Positions 1 through 9,271 of a stretch of DNA of 64,000 nt are shown here, piece by piece. The stretch spans positions 1-64,000 of the forward strand of contig WGBG01000167.1 of assembly GCA_015494395.1 (NCBI GenBank), given 5' to 3'. The stretch is from Deltaproteobacteria bacterium (lineage in GTDB: Bacteria > Desulfobacterota > Dissulfuribacteria > Dissulfuribacterales > QOAL01). A program made the position numbers and the translations under genes. The notes under the pieces were generated by a model, which worked only from the letters and a program-made list of their open reading frames with translations, had not been told where the DNA came from and did no database searches. The stretch's first letter is position 1, and each line of letters starts with the position of its first letter.

Positions 1-18
1 GATGTGTATAAGAGACAG
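1..18. other. Sequencing-adapter remnant (Tn5/Nextera mosaic end) at contig edge
   Basis: Bases 1-18 GATGTGTATAAGAGACAG equal the 19-nt mosaic end AGATGTGTATAAGAGACAG minus its first A. CRISPR sequence follows immediately. Confidence 0.9.
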
Positions 19-21
19 ACT

Positions 22-355
22 GGAAACACCCCCACGGGCGTGGGGAAGAATTTCGGAGACAGAAAACAGAGCGGGATAAAGAGGAAACACCCCCACGGGC
101 GTGGGGAAGAATATAGCAGGCGGGTTATCTGGTAATGCGCAAATGAAACACCCCCACGGGCGTGGGGAAGAACGGTTCAGGTATCAACTCGGCCTTTTCT
201 TGTTAGAAACACCCCCACGGGCGTGGGGAAGAATTTGAGAGGAAAAAAAGTAACTGCCGCGACTTGGAAACACCCCCACGGGCGTGGGGAAGAATGTCTC
301 AAGATTTTATTCCGTACTGCAAGCAGGGAAACACCCCCACGGGCGTGGGGAAGAA
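22..355 (-). CRISPR. Type I-E CRISPR array, 6 repeats and 5 complete 32-nt spacers, truncated by the contig end
   Basis: The 28-nt core GAAACACCCCCACGGGCGTGGGGAAGAA (plus strand) starts at 23, 84, 145, 206, 267 and 328, an exact 61-bp period (29+32). On the minus strand it reads TTCTTCCCCACGCCCGTGGGGGTGTTTC(N) with a CCCCAC/GTGGGG stem, matching the E. coli I-E repeat layout. It lies directly downstream of cas2 on the same strand. Confidence 0.95.
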
Positions 356-400
356 AGCAACATCTTGTCAAAGAGCCAGGCAAGACCACTATATAAAGTA

Positions 401-691
401 TTATTTTTTAGCCAATTTTTTTTCTATAACAAGTTGAAGGCCGGAAATCGAGGTCAATTCTTTAGTTGGCGTTCCAATAATACGTATTTCATAACCTGGT
501 GGTTTGGGTAGTGACCTGAAAATAATGACTCCGGATTCTTCTGGACAATGTTGATAAAGATATTCAATAACTTTTGTGGCAACGGAATCCTTAATGCCAG
601 ACACAAAAATGTTTGCCTTTGCTTCCACAAACCATAACTTCATGCGGCCTCTAACCGCTGGGGGGAGATTATTTGCTATTACGACCAGCAC
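401..691 (-). CDS. cas2: CRISPR-associated endoribonuclease Cas2 (I-E type)
   Basis: 96 aa. MLVVIANNLPPAVRGRMKLWFVE parallels E. coli Cas2 [23 protein letters not shown]. Overlaps cas1 by 23 nt and is the last gene before the array. Confidence 0.9.
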   Translation of the reverse strand: MLVVIANNLPPAVRGRMKLWFVEAKANIFVSGIKDSVATKVIEYLYQHCPEESGVIIFRSLPKPPGYEIRIIGTPTKELTSISGLQLVIEKKLAKK

Positions 692-1544
692 TTTTTTGGC
701 CTAGCAGTTTATCAATGTCATTTGTTACACGGTCCAGAAGATTCATCGAAAGTACCCTTTCACGAAAGGCATTTGACACCACAGCACTCCGGTACACTCC
801 CGCCATCTCGCGTGTGAGGGAAAAAGCAAGATCTATGCAAAGGTGTTCCTTATACAGATCTGCAAGATCATACACAAACGGCAAAGGGCTGCCTGAATGG
901 ATAAAACCTATATGTGGAGAATATCCCATGCTGTGAATGGCCGAACATAGAATCCCGTAGAGTGCGGTATTGCATACAGTAAGTACTTGATTTGTGACAT
1001 CACTCAACTCAAACTTTCCAGGGGTAAATCTGCGCCCCTTCCAGCCCACACCATATTCTTCTGCCTTTTCCTTATAGAGAGCCCTGACCCTCTGTCCTTC
1101 CATGCCCATCATTTCTTTGAGAGTTTTCCCTTTCAGGTCTGCATCAGGGAATCGATAGGCGAACATCTTCCGGGCAACTTTCAATGCCTTTTCTTTGTCT
1201 GCTGCGAGACGCATTTGTTTCAGCATGTTGCGGGTTGTTGAAGTAGGCGTAAAGCCCGCTGCATAAAACAGCAGACTGTCTTCCCCAACCCAGCAAATAG
1301 AACAGTTAGCAGCCGTGGCAGTTTTAACAGCTTCATGAGTAATGGCAGTGCCAGGCCCAAGAAGCAATGTATTTATGGTAGCCACTGGAAGCCGTACCAC
1401 ATTACAGTCAGAATCTATCCATTTAAGGCTGCTGTCATCAATTTCAAGCCTTCCCCTCTCGAGGTATAAAAATGGATATTTGTCTTTAACCCTGGGTAAG
1501 GATTCACGAGTTATCTTGACAAAAAGGCGTTTTTTCTCTGACAT
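669..1544 (-). CDS. cas1: CRISPR-associated integrase Cas1 (I-E type)
   Basis: 291 aa. GMEGQRVRALYKEKAEEYGVGWKGRRF and GFIHSGSPLPFVYDLADLYK parallel E. coli Cas1 GIEGSRVRATYALLAKQYGVTWNGRRY and GFVHTGKPLSFVYDIADIIK. Confidence 0.93.
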   Translation of the reverse strand: MSEKKRLFVKITRESLPRVKDKYPFLYLERGRLEIDDSSLKWIDSDCNVVRLPVATINTLLLGPGTAITHEAVKTATAANCSICWVGEDSLLFYAAGFTPTSTTRNMLKQMRLAADKEKALKVARKMFAYRFPDADLKGKTLKEMMGMEGQRVRALYKEKAEEYGVGWKGRRFTPGKFELSDVTNQVLTVCNTALYGILCSAIHSMGYSPHIGFIHSGSPLPFVYDLADLYKEHLCIDLAFSLTREMAGVYRSAVVSNAFRERVLSMNLLDRVTNDIDKLLGQKSAGRNSK

Positions 1545-1548
1545 GGAA

Positions 1549-2268
1549 TTAAACTGGCCAGTCCTGTACTGTAATCATGCGATCGCGGTATCGCTTCATA
1601 GGCCCGAACTGCAAGGGAACATCGTTTACTGAATAGACTTCTCCTTCATGTTCACCCTGTAATACACTGAAAATTCCAGTTCTATGTTTCTGTTTTGCTA
1701 ACTCCTGGGCCCTTTGCATGGCTTGGTCAGCATCGCTGAATATTCCCTGAAAAATAAATTCAGTGGGCACACAGGTTTTGCGACCTAGATAAATATCCCA
1801 AACCGGATTACGTAAATAATAACATAACTCGTCAGAGCGTTTTTCAGGTATCTGAAGCATTACAGCAAACGCCATATCCTGTATATAAAAACGATATGTC
1901 AATTTTGTGCCGCCACCGACGGCTTTTTTACCCTGACTTGTTTTTGGAATCAGTAATGTCTGCCAGGGATCCTTGGCATCATAGCCGCTTCCTACCATGT
2001 GAAAATCACGTAGAAGAGGTAAATGTCTGGGCGCGCCCTTGATTTTGTCTTTACGTGCGTAAGCTGCAATCTGCATATCAAGTTCAGCAAATTCAGCCAG
2101 TAGTTTTCGCTGTTTTCCTCCAGCACCAAGGGCGCAACACAGCAGTCCAAGAACCCCTGACTTGGTGGGGAAAGGAAGAGTATCTCTTCGTCCGAATCTG
2201 GAATCATGCCCCCATGACTGTAATGGAGCTTCCAGCCACAACAGGATATAAGGATCAGGCATATGCAA
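1549..2268 (-). CDS. cas5: Cascade subunit Cas5e (CasD)
   Basis: 239 aa. The N-terminus LLWLEAPLQSWGHDSRFGRRDTLPFPTKSGVLGLLCCALG matches the CasD pattern (LRLAGPMQAWG...FPTRSGLLGLLGACLG). Overlaps the cas7 stop. Confidence 0.9.
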   Translation of the reverse strand: MHMPDPYILLWLEAPLQSWGHDSRFGRRDTLPFPTKSGVLGLLCCALGAGGKQRKLLAEFAELDMQIAAYARKDKIKGAPRHLPLLRDFHMVGSGYDAKDPWQTLLIPKTSQGKKAVGGGTKLTYRFYIQDMAFAVMLQIPEKRSDELCYYLRNPVWDIYLGRKTCVPTEFIFQGIFSDADQAMQRAQELAKQKHRTGIFSVLQGEHEGEVYSVNDVPLQFGPMKRYRDRMITVQDWPV

Positions 2269-3298
2269 GTTCCCTTACCTTTGTTTGAAGGTCCGTAACA
2301 AGGTTGTCGATGGAATAATTTTCTTTTTCACCCCATTCATACTCATCAATTTTGCCAAAAAGAGAGCCTGATAATTTTTCTTTTTTAGAAATGTATGATT
2401 TCAACTCTTCTATGCTGGAAGCAAGATAACCGCCGTCCTTTTGTTTTACAGGTGTTTCAAAAGGCACCTGGAGTCTCTGCCCTTTTCTTATAAGTACTTT
2501 GGCATATTCCCAGGGACTTGCTCCTGACTGGGTTGTTTGCCTTGCCGTTGGGATTGCTACATACAGGGCCTTGGTGAAAAGAGAGACTGCCTGCCCTATA
2601 TTTTCCAAGTCTAATGTTTGAGCAAGCTGTCCCAGGTCAAGACTGATATACCGGTAATATGTCGCAGAATTAAATTCAAGGCTTCCCATGTGAGCCGAGC
2701 CTGGTTCGTCCTGCATATCATCAAGGGCTGTAAAAAACTCCACCTCATTACTGACCCTGTGGGTGGAAATGGCATGTGCAAAGGAGCATGCAGCTTCAAT
2801 GTTCAGGTCAGCGGCTTTTGCCACCATGCGTCCAAACAGGGCGATGTCCAGTGCATTCAATGCCTTGTTAGATACTTTTTTTAATGCTTTGACCATTTCT
2901 TTGTCTTTTAATTTGTCAGGGGCAAATTCTTTGCCTGCTGCATATTTTGCAATGGCCTTAGCCTCGGTTTCACTCATAAAGAGTAGAGTGTCGTCACTTA
3001 TGAAACCGGCAAGTTTTTCAGCGCATTGCTTTGCAGCATTTTCTTCGGCACCAAGCTTGATACACTGATCTTCAATAAGTTGAGCGACCTTTTTGGTCCT
3101 GATTCCAAGTTTTACGCCAAAATCGGCCAGTGCAAGCCGTACCTGGCGCTTCCAGCACTGGGAACTTACCCTGGCCCTTGTAACCCCTCCTACCACTGCT
3201 GTTTTCGGAGCACCTACATCATCTCTGTTCAAACATGTCACAGGGAATGATTGCAGGATGTGGTATTCAATTCGTAAATTTTTAAGATTTTCAGACAT
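2255..3298 (-). CDS. cas7: Cascade backbone subunit Cas7e (CasC/Cse4)
   Basis: 347 aa with motifs CLNRDD, RARVSSQCWKR, DIALFGRM, AHAISTH and GSAHMGSLEFNSATYYRY, all shared with E. coli CasC. Confidence 0.92.
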   Translation of the reverse strand: MSENLKNLRIEYHILQSFPVTCLNRDDVGAPKTAVVGGVTRARVSSQCWKRQVRLALADFGVKLGIRTKKVAQLIEDQCIKLGAEENAAKQCAEKLAGFISDDTLLFMSETEAKAIAKYAAGKEFAPDKLKDKEMVKALKKVSNKALNALDIALFGRMVAKAADLNIEAACSFAHAISTHRVSNEVEFFTALDDMQDEPGSAHMGSLEFNSATYYRYISLDLGQLAQTLDLENIGQAVSLFTKALYVAIPTARQTTQSGASPWEYAKVLIRKGQRLQVPFETPVKQKDGGYLASSIEELKSYISKKEKLSGSLFGKIDEYEWGEKENYSIDNLVTDLQTKVRELAYA

Positions 3299-3391
3299 AA
3301 CTTTTTCCTCATCTATGGTGCTTTTTTATTGGGAAATCACCTTGAATAATTTAATGAGCTGTATTGTCCAAGAAGTACAGACAACAAAATA

Positions 3392-4027
3392 TCAGGGGAT
3401 AGGTACTATTTTCAGAAGACCGCACCCGAATGCCTTGCCTCTACCTATTCCGTGGGAGAAACTATTGTTGAACTGCCGTTTATCAGTTACCTCCAATGTT
3501 CCTTTGATGTTAGCCCTCTGAATTGTTATCTGACGTTTATTTTTGCCCCTGAAACGCATTACCTCAATAGCGCCAGTTTCCAGTTTATGGCGCTGAACCT
3601 TAAAGCCCCACACAGCCTCTGCACGGTCGCAGAACCAGTCTGCAATTGCAGAGCGGCCCTTAACCGGCACAAGCTTGCCTGTAGCATTGTTACGTATGCA
3701 GGGATTGACAACGGTTTCGAAACTGTATTTGGAGTGTTCCAGGAACAATTCAGGTATATCTTTACAGATAACCTCTCCATACATTCCGTTCACCGCAGAT
3801 TCAGGCAAACGGTCTGACAAGATCAGAATCTGCCTGAAGAAGAAGTCACCACCCTCGTCACGATATAATATTCCGCTGGATTTGCCTGAAATCTTGTCAT
3901 GCTCACTGCGAACATCTTCAAACAGACTGTAAACAACTCTGTGCAAGGCATAAGGGTCGGTTATCCTCAGGGCTTTCACAGCATGACGATCCAGCTTGAG
4001 CAGGCTTGCATATAAATTTTTGTTCAT
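3392..4027 (-). CDS. cas6e: Cas6e (CasE/Cse3) crRNA endoribonuclease
   Basis: Start chosen at MNKNLYASLLKLD (ATG 4027), which gives an ATGA overlap with the cse2 stop. DPYALHRVVYSLF and the C-terminal GIGRGKAFGCGLL are Cas6e hallmarks. Confidence 0.88.
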   Translation of the reverse strand: MNKNLYASLLKLDRHAVKALRITDPYALHRVVYSLFEDVRSEHDKISGKSSGILYRDEGGDFFFRQILILSDRLPESAVNGMYGEVICKDIPELFLEHSKYSFETVVNPCIRNNATGKLVPVKGRSAIADWFCDRAEAVWGFKVQRHKLETGAIEVMRFRGKNKRQITIQRANIKGTLEVTDKRQFNNSFSHGIGRGKAFGCGLLKIVPIP

Positions 4028-4557
4028 TTCTCCTCCCCAGCCGTGCCTCTGGAATAGAAATCCTGTGCCCATTGAACCTGAACCCGTTTTCTGTCCCAGT
4101 TAAATCTCAGTAATTGTTGAAGCAGCATAATATAATCTATAGGCTGCTCCGTCTTGCTGTGCACAAGAGATAAAATGGAACGAAGTACCCGGCACACTTC
4201 GGATAGTTCTTCGCAGGCAAGCAGTCTTCTTATCCTTGCACGCGCAGGACTGCTCTCGCTACCATCTTCGTAACATCTGGCAATTGCCATACCAATTTTA
4301 ACCTTGCCGTTTTGGGTTACCTTGGCTTTGGCTATGGCAGCACCAACTAAGGCAAAAGGCAGACGTTGATATTCCTTCTCTATGTCCACTCCATAATAGG
4401 CAAGTATCTCCCAGCTTTGATATTCAGTTGCTGGATTGTCTGCCCGTCTTAGGTGTGCAGCGAATCCCTTGTCGCCAGAACATTTTTCTATAACATCATT
4501 AACAAATCGTGTTGCCTTGTCATAAGATGAGTTGTTTTTTTCAGAAATCTGGCTCAT
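4024..4557 (-). CDS. cse2: Cascade small subunit Cse2 (CasB/Cas11e)
   Basis: 177 aa helical protein between cse1 and cas6e. Has a LRRADNP-type motif and a C-terminal WAQDFY. 4-nt overlaps on both sides. Confidence 0.85.
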   Translation of the reverse strand: MSQISEKNNSSYDKATRFVNDVIEKCSGDKGFAAHLRRADNPATEYQSWEILAYYGVDIEKEYQRLPFALVGAAIAKAKVTQNGKVKIGMAIARCYEDGSESSPARARIRRLLACEELSEVCRVLRSILSLVHSKTEQPIDYIMLLQQLLRFNWDRKRVQVQWAQDFYSRGTAGEEK

Positions 4558-6026
4558 GCACCCTCCTGAAAGAGATATTTCCCCAAATTGGGGCGGTTCA
4601 TTGCCCAGGCCTCAAGTTGCCTTGCCGTATCGGAAGGGCAGAACCTGTTGTACACGTCAAATCCCATACCCACAAATTGTGACCTTAATACTTGCAATTT
4701 TGCAGAGTCACCCGCAGTATTACATGCGTCCACCAGTGTTTGAAATAACGGTTCACATAACTGCCAGAATGTGCTGCTGGCCTGTGATGCAATGCCACTG
4801 CCTTCGGCTTTTTGGCTGGAATAGTAGCGCGTCACACATCCATAAATTATCCTGGCTATCCCCTCCAGAGCCTCCATCTCTTGCTGTAATTGATTCAACC
4901 AGACCTCTCCAACAGAACCAGCATCCATCCATACTTCTGACTCAACAAAATCATCATCACCAGCTACATACTGTTCTCCGGCATTGCTGCTGACTTTCAA
5001 TCCACCTGACCACACTCCGAAACAAGCTTCGGAAGTAATTGCTTTTGGAAGCGCTGTCCTGAGCTGAAAGCAGTCGAAAACTCCCCTGTCCTGTTTAATA
5101 AAACTAAGAAGGGCGGGCAGTTGACGCCACGGGCGTTTTTCAGGGTCAGCCCATAGTACCTTTGTTTTCTTTTTACTGGCATCTGCTGCAACTGTAGGGT
5201 CGTAAATTCCTTCGAGATAATTCAGGTGTTGAATTCCCTCTGAATAGTGAAAGCCATCCTGTTCAAAAAGCACAAATCGGCATACCGGCACCAGACGACC
5301 AATAAGTGACTGTTTCAGTTCTTCGGCTACAGGGCAACCCTCACCAAGCGGCATTTTCTCCCATGGCGGTGTTCCCACTCCCAATGACATCATGCCATAC
5401 TCCTGAAGCTCTTCGGTTGTGATAAGGTTGACCCAGACAGTTTTAACTATGGAGTCGCAGAGGACAAAACTATGAAGCAGCCCACGTGAAGCTACCGCAG
5501 GCCCGGGCTTTGCCGACTTTTTCTTACCTTTGTAACCAGGTGTCAAAACAATACTGTTGTCAACTTTTTTACCACCAAGTGCAAAAGCCATCAGACATAC
5601 AAGCAGTAATGCTTTTTCAGCATCATCAAGAGGCTGTTCCCTTTGCAAATCAAGAAGCAAGGTTGTATTTCCTGTGGCAACATCAGGTTTTACTGCGCCA
5701 TAACGCTGAAGAGCAGCCTTTTCAATCGCTGGCATCTGCAGAAACGGTTTTTCCCCATAAAGGAAAAAACTGTCATACCAATTTTCAAGATATTGTATGC
5801 ACTGATCTGCTAGGCCATCTGCTCCAAGTATCTTCCATTCATTCATATTGCTCACAGGAGCTGCAACCTGACCTATTGCCTGAAGTAATTTCATTACGGC
5901 TACTTTCTGCACGGGATTTCCACCCAGGGTTCTGTAACTGCCATTTTCAAAAACCTGCCTGAGGCTTGCAAGCCCTGCGTCAACTACAGGAATCCACGGA
6001 TTGTCAACAAGGTTAAAATTGGTCAT
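4554..6026 (-). CDS. cse1: Cascade large subunit Cse1 (CasA/Cas8e)
   Basis: 490 aa. The N-terminus NLVDNPWIPV matches the CasA NLLIDNWIPV motif. Position after cas3 and ATGA overlap with cas3. Confidence 0.88.
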   Translation of the reverse strand: MTNFNLVDNPWIPVVDAGLASLRQVFENGSYRTLGGNPVQKVAVMKLLQAIGQVAAPVSNMNEWKILGADGLADQCIQYLENWYDSFFLYGEKPFLQMPAIEKAALQRYGAVKPDVATGNTTLLLDLQREQPLDDAEKALLLVCLMAFALGGKKVDNSIVLTPGYKGKKKSAKPGPAVASRGLLHSFVLCDSIVKTVWVNLITTEELQEYGMMSLGVGTPPWEKMPLGEGCPVAEELKQSLIGRLVPVCRFVLFEQDGFHYSEGIQHLNYLEGIYDPTVAADASKKKTKVLWADPEKRPWRQLPALLSFIKQDRGVFDCFQLRTALPKAITSEACFGVWSGGLKVSSNAGEQYVAGDDDFVESEVWMDAGSVGEVWLNQLQQEMEALEGIARIIYGCVTRYYSSQKAEGSGIASQASSTFWQLCEPLFQTLVDACNTAGDSAKLQVLRSQFVGMGFDVYNRFCPSDTARQLEAWAMNRPNLGKYLFQEGA

Positions 6027-8647
6027 TTTTTCTGTTCCATCTTTACCGTTCTGTAACCAATATCATCGCGGTACATCAAACGGTAATGTTCATGTAACGG
6101 CGCATCCTGATAAGCCTTTATCATTCCATCTTTTTCCACAATGGCAAGCCGTAAAAGGGCTTCTTCCATTGCGGGGTTGCCCAGGTATAGGCAATTTTCC
6201 AGATGCAGTTTTCTCAAAACATCCATGGAAAGAGGTAAGGGTGCTTCGTGAGTTCTAACATTAACCACCTGGGCCATCAGTACAGCACTGATCTCTTTCC
6301 ATTGGGTCCTGTTAAGAACGGATTTATCCCAGGGGATTGTTACTTGTGAATGATTCAGGAGTGTTATTGAAGTCTCGCGGGTTTCTGGATTCATCCGGAT
6401 ATTGCTAACCATAAGAACTTCACAATGTGGTTCCTGGCCATATCGTGTCTGTGCCTTTGCTTCAGGCAACGTCTTGCCGCTTCTTGATAACGTAATTCTA
6501 GCCAGCTGCCTCAAGGCTCTGCGGCCAATACGATGAGAAGTGCCGTTTTCAAGTTCATAGAGCCACTGCTCCATCTTGCCCTTTTCTTTACGTTTTGCAT
6601 ATGTCCAATCCATAATCTGGCGTATTTCACTAGGAAGATTGATGTGTCTCAACTTACTCCACACTTCCAGACTACGGCACAATATGTATGGATCATAAAC
6701 AAAGGCGGTGGGACCAAATTCTTTAAGAGGCTTCTCCACTGCTCTGTCAAGTTCAGGCGCAAGGATCATTACAGACGGTTCAGCACTTTGCGCCCGTGGC
6801 GTATCAGCATGTCTCCATACACGCCCTATTCGTTGCAGCAACATATCTGAGGGGCAAAAACGGGTCACAAGAAAATCGGCGTCAATATCCAGTGATTGTT
6901 CAAGCACCTGAGTCCCTACCAAGATACGTCCCTGAATCCCACGCAGCTGCCATCCTTCACGGCCATAAAGCGAAACCCAATGCTGTTCGATGTTTCTGCG
7001 GTGTTCCATAATAAACCTGGAATGGAGAAGACCACATTCAATATTGAGTTCTGCACACCGGGCAGCAATATCAAGATATCTCTCCTGGGCTTCGGATACT
7101 GTATTTTCTATCCACAGTACCTGTTCACCCAGGCATGCACGGTCAAGCACCTCTGTTACTGCAGTTTGATCATTTTCTTCAATGGTTACGTAAAATTGTC
7201 GATGTGCATTTGTGGGTATAGCCGCGGGTATTTCAAGGGTTCGCCCATTCTTGTGTTGTGCGGTTATCAGCGGGAATGCATTTTGTTCAAGCTCTGCTGC
7301 TATTAAGTCAGTTCGACGTTCACGAGTAAGGGTGGCGCTAAGTATAAAAACAGTGGTATTTAATTTGGTGAGCAGTGCTATTAATGCGTCTATGATTATG
7401 CCGGTATACGCATCGTATGAATGTACTTCATCGAGGATTACCACCTTTCCTGCCAGGCCAAATGCCCGCACAAAGCCGTGTTTAACATTCATGGCTGCCA
7501 TAAGAGCCTGATCCAGGGTTCCAACAGCAAAAGGTGCGAGAAGGCCGCGTTTTCGAGTATTGAACCATGAACTACCAGGTCCGCCATCGGCACCAAGTTC
7601 GGTAGCCTTCAGCCATGCCCTGCCATGCAGTAGCAATATATTATTGCCAGGGCTGTCAGTCTCTAAAATGCGAGCCAGAAATTTTTTGAATCTGACATAT
7701 ATGCGGTTGGAAGTAAGCTGGGTAGGTAGAGCAAAATAGATACCGTGGGCAAAACCGTTGCTGATAAGCTGATATGCTGCGAAAAGCGCTGCCTCTGTCT
7801 TGCCCATTCCCATAGGTGCTTCAAGCACGTAAACACCCGGGGTGTTGGCAGCCTCTATGAACTGTTGCTGAACAGGATAGGGAACATATTCTTTCCCGAA
7901 TACGTCTGAAAAACTGAGGCCTTGCCTTACCCTGACAGGTAGAAAACCTGCCATGTCAACCGCCCTGGAGATAACATCCTTCCAGGGAGACTCCGGGTCG
8001 TCAAACAGCTCGCCAGAGCCTATCCAGTCTGCTACAGATGTCAGACCGGCAAGGAGTCTGGCATTTTCGGGACCGTCGACATCAGGCCAGTCAGAATTAA
8101 ATGTTGAGCGCAGCTCAGTCAGCAAACGGATTCTTTCCTTCTGCCAGGCAGGCCCTCCAAAGACTTCATGGTCTGCCCTGTAAAGCTGCACAGGTGGGCT
8201 GTAGCCATGATGTTGGCCCACTATTTCAGGAATAAATTTACCAGCTCCTGCTGCATCAAGGGTAAGCTGGCTGACACCGGCATGCCCACCCCAGTTCTTT
8301 TCAAGAGATGGATTGGCATCAACCAGCCACGGATAGTCAGCAGGTCGATAATCAGAGGTGTTGGCAAGGATTTTTTTCTGAAAGGTTGGACATATCTTGC
8401 CAGTATCATGTGCTGCTGCAACCAGTGCCGCTGATTCAGGGGGGTCCAGGCAGGAAAGGAGACATGGAATGCGTCTGATTAATTCGCGCGCCACCTCGCC
8501 TACAATTTGACAGTGGCTCAAAACGGTTCTTCCACATTCTGTTTTGTGATCTGCCTGGTATGTTTTGGCGTAGTAGGGACCACGGGGAATATGAGCTGCA
8601 CTATTCCCGTTAGTTGTCTGCCGTTTTGGGGTTTGAGGGCCTATCAT
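6023..8647 (-). CDS. cas3: Cas3 HD nuclease / SF2 helicase (I-E)
   Basis: 874 aa. N-terminal HD region (SHCQIVGEV...AAAHDTGK), Walker A LEAPMGMGKTEAAL, DEAH-like VILDEVH. First gene of the operon. Confidence 0.93.
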   Translation of the reverse strand: MIGPQTPKRQTTNGNSAAHIPRGPYYAKTYQADHKTECGRTVLSHCQIVGEVARELIRRIPCLLSCLDPPESAALVAAAHDTGKICPTFQKKILANTSDYRPADYPWLVDANPSLEKNWGGHAGVSQLTLDAAGAGKFIPEIVGQHHGYSPPVQLYRADHEVFGGPAWQKERIRLLTELRSTFNSDWPDVDGPENARLLAGLTSVADWIGSGELFDDPESPWKDVISRAVDMAGFLPVRVRQGLSFSDVFGKEYVPYPVQQQFIEAANTPGVYVLEAPMGMGKTEAALFAAYQLISNGFAHGIYFALPTQLTSNRIYVRFKKFLARILETDSPGNNILLLHGRAWLKATELGADGGPGSSWFNTRKRGLLAPFAVGTLDQALMAAMNVKHGFVRAFGLAGKVVILDEVHSYDAYTGIIIDALIALLTKLNTTVFILSATLTRERRTDLIAAELEQNAFPLITAQHKNGRTLEIPAAIPTNAHRQFYVTIEENDQTAVTEVLDRACLGEQVLWIENTVSEAQERYLDIAARCAELNIECGLLHSRFIMEHRRNIEQHWVSLYGREGWQLRGIQGRILVGTQVLEQSLDIDADFLVTRFCPSDMLLQRIGRVWRHADTPRAQSAEPSVMILAPELDRAVEKPLKEFGPTAFVYDPYILCRSLEVWSKLRHINLPSEIRQIMDWTYAKRKEKGKMEQWLYELENGTSHRIGRRALRQLARITLSRSGKTLPEAKAQTRYGQEPHCEVLMVSNIRMNPETRETSITLLNHSQVTIPWDKSVLNRTQWKEISAVLMAQVVNVRTHEAPLPLSMDVLRKLHLENCLYLGNPAMEEALLRLAIVEKDGMIKAYQDAPLHEHYRLMYRDDIGYRTVKMEQKK

Positions 8648-8947
8648 GCGAAAATTGAGACCTGTACCGGATAATATCAGTGATGCAACATGGGAGTCAG
8701 TGTTATTACAACTTACTGATGAAAAATGGTTTTGTACAGACCAAGCAGGTACAAGCTTGAGATAATATGAAAATCTTTGACAGGTATTATGAATGCAAAG
8801 CTTGGTTCTTAGATGTCTAATAGGTGCATGGCGACCATCTCAGATTATTATTCATTAGAGTATTAAGAGCTTGTTTTGACTTGATGCCTGCATGTTTGTT
8901 ATTGTAACAACGATGCTGGAGCAGGGCGTATGCCATTTCAGGAAATA

Positions 8948-8984
8948 CCATATAAGACGTGTATCTTTTTGCCATCTTATATGG
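8948..8984 (+). promoter_or_regulatory. 10-bp inverted repeat, candidate TA operator upstream of the antitoxin gene
   Basis: CCATATAAGA (8948-8957) and TCTTATATGG (8975-8984) are perfect reverse complements, 60 bp upstream of the ATG at 9044. Confidence 0.4.
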
Positions 8985-9043
8985 GAGTCGGCGGATTGTT
9001 TGATTTCACAAGCCATTCATAAACTGTCCTGCGGAGGAATATT

Positions 9044-9271
9044 ATGGAAAGGGTTCAGTTACCTTTATCAGAACTAAACTTTGAACAGAAACTTGATCTG
9101 CTGGAGCAACTCTGGGGAAATCTTATGAATGATGAAGAGAGGATCAAGGCTCAGGAATGGCATGAAAACGTTTTACGAGAGCGCGAGGCGGCCTTTAAGG
9201 CAGGCAGGATTAAGCCGTCTGACTGGGAAGAGGCCAAGAAACGTATTTATGAGAATGTTTCATGCAGGTAA
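9044..9271 (+). CDS. Addiction-module antitoxin component (TIGR02574-like 'putative addiction module component')
   Basis: 75 aa. LSELNFEQKLDLLEQLWGNL...WHENVLREREAAFKAGRIKPSDWEEAKKRI fits my recollection of this family pattern. GGAGG lies 8 nt upstream of the ATG. Confidence 0.7.
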   Translation: MERVQLPLSELNFEQKLDLLEQLWGNLMNDEERIKAQEWHENVLREREAAFKAGRIKPSDWEEAKKRIYENVSCR

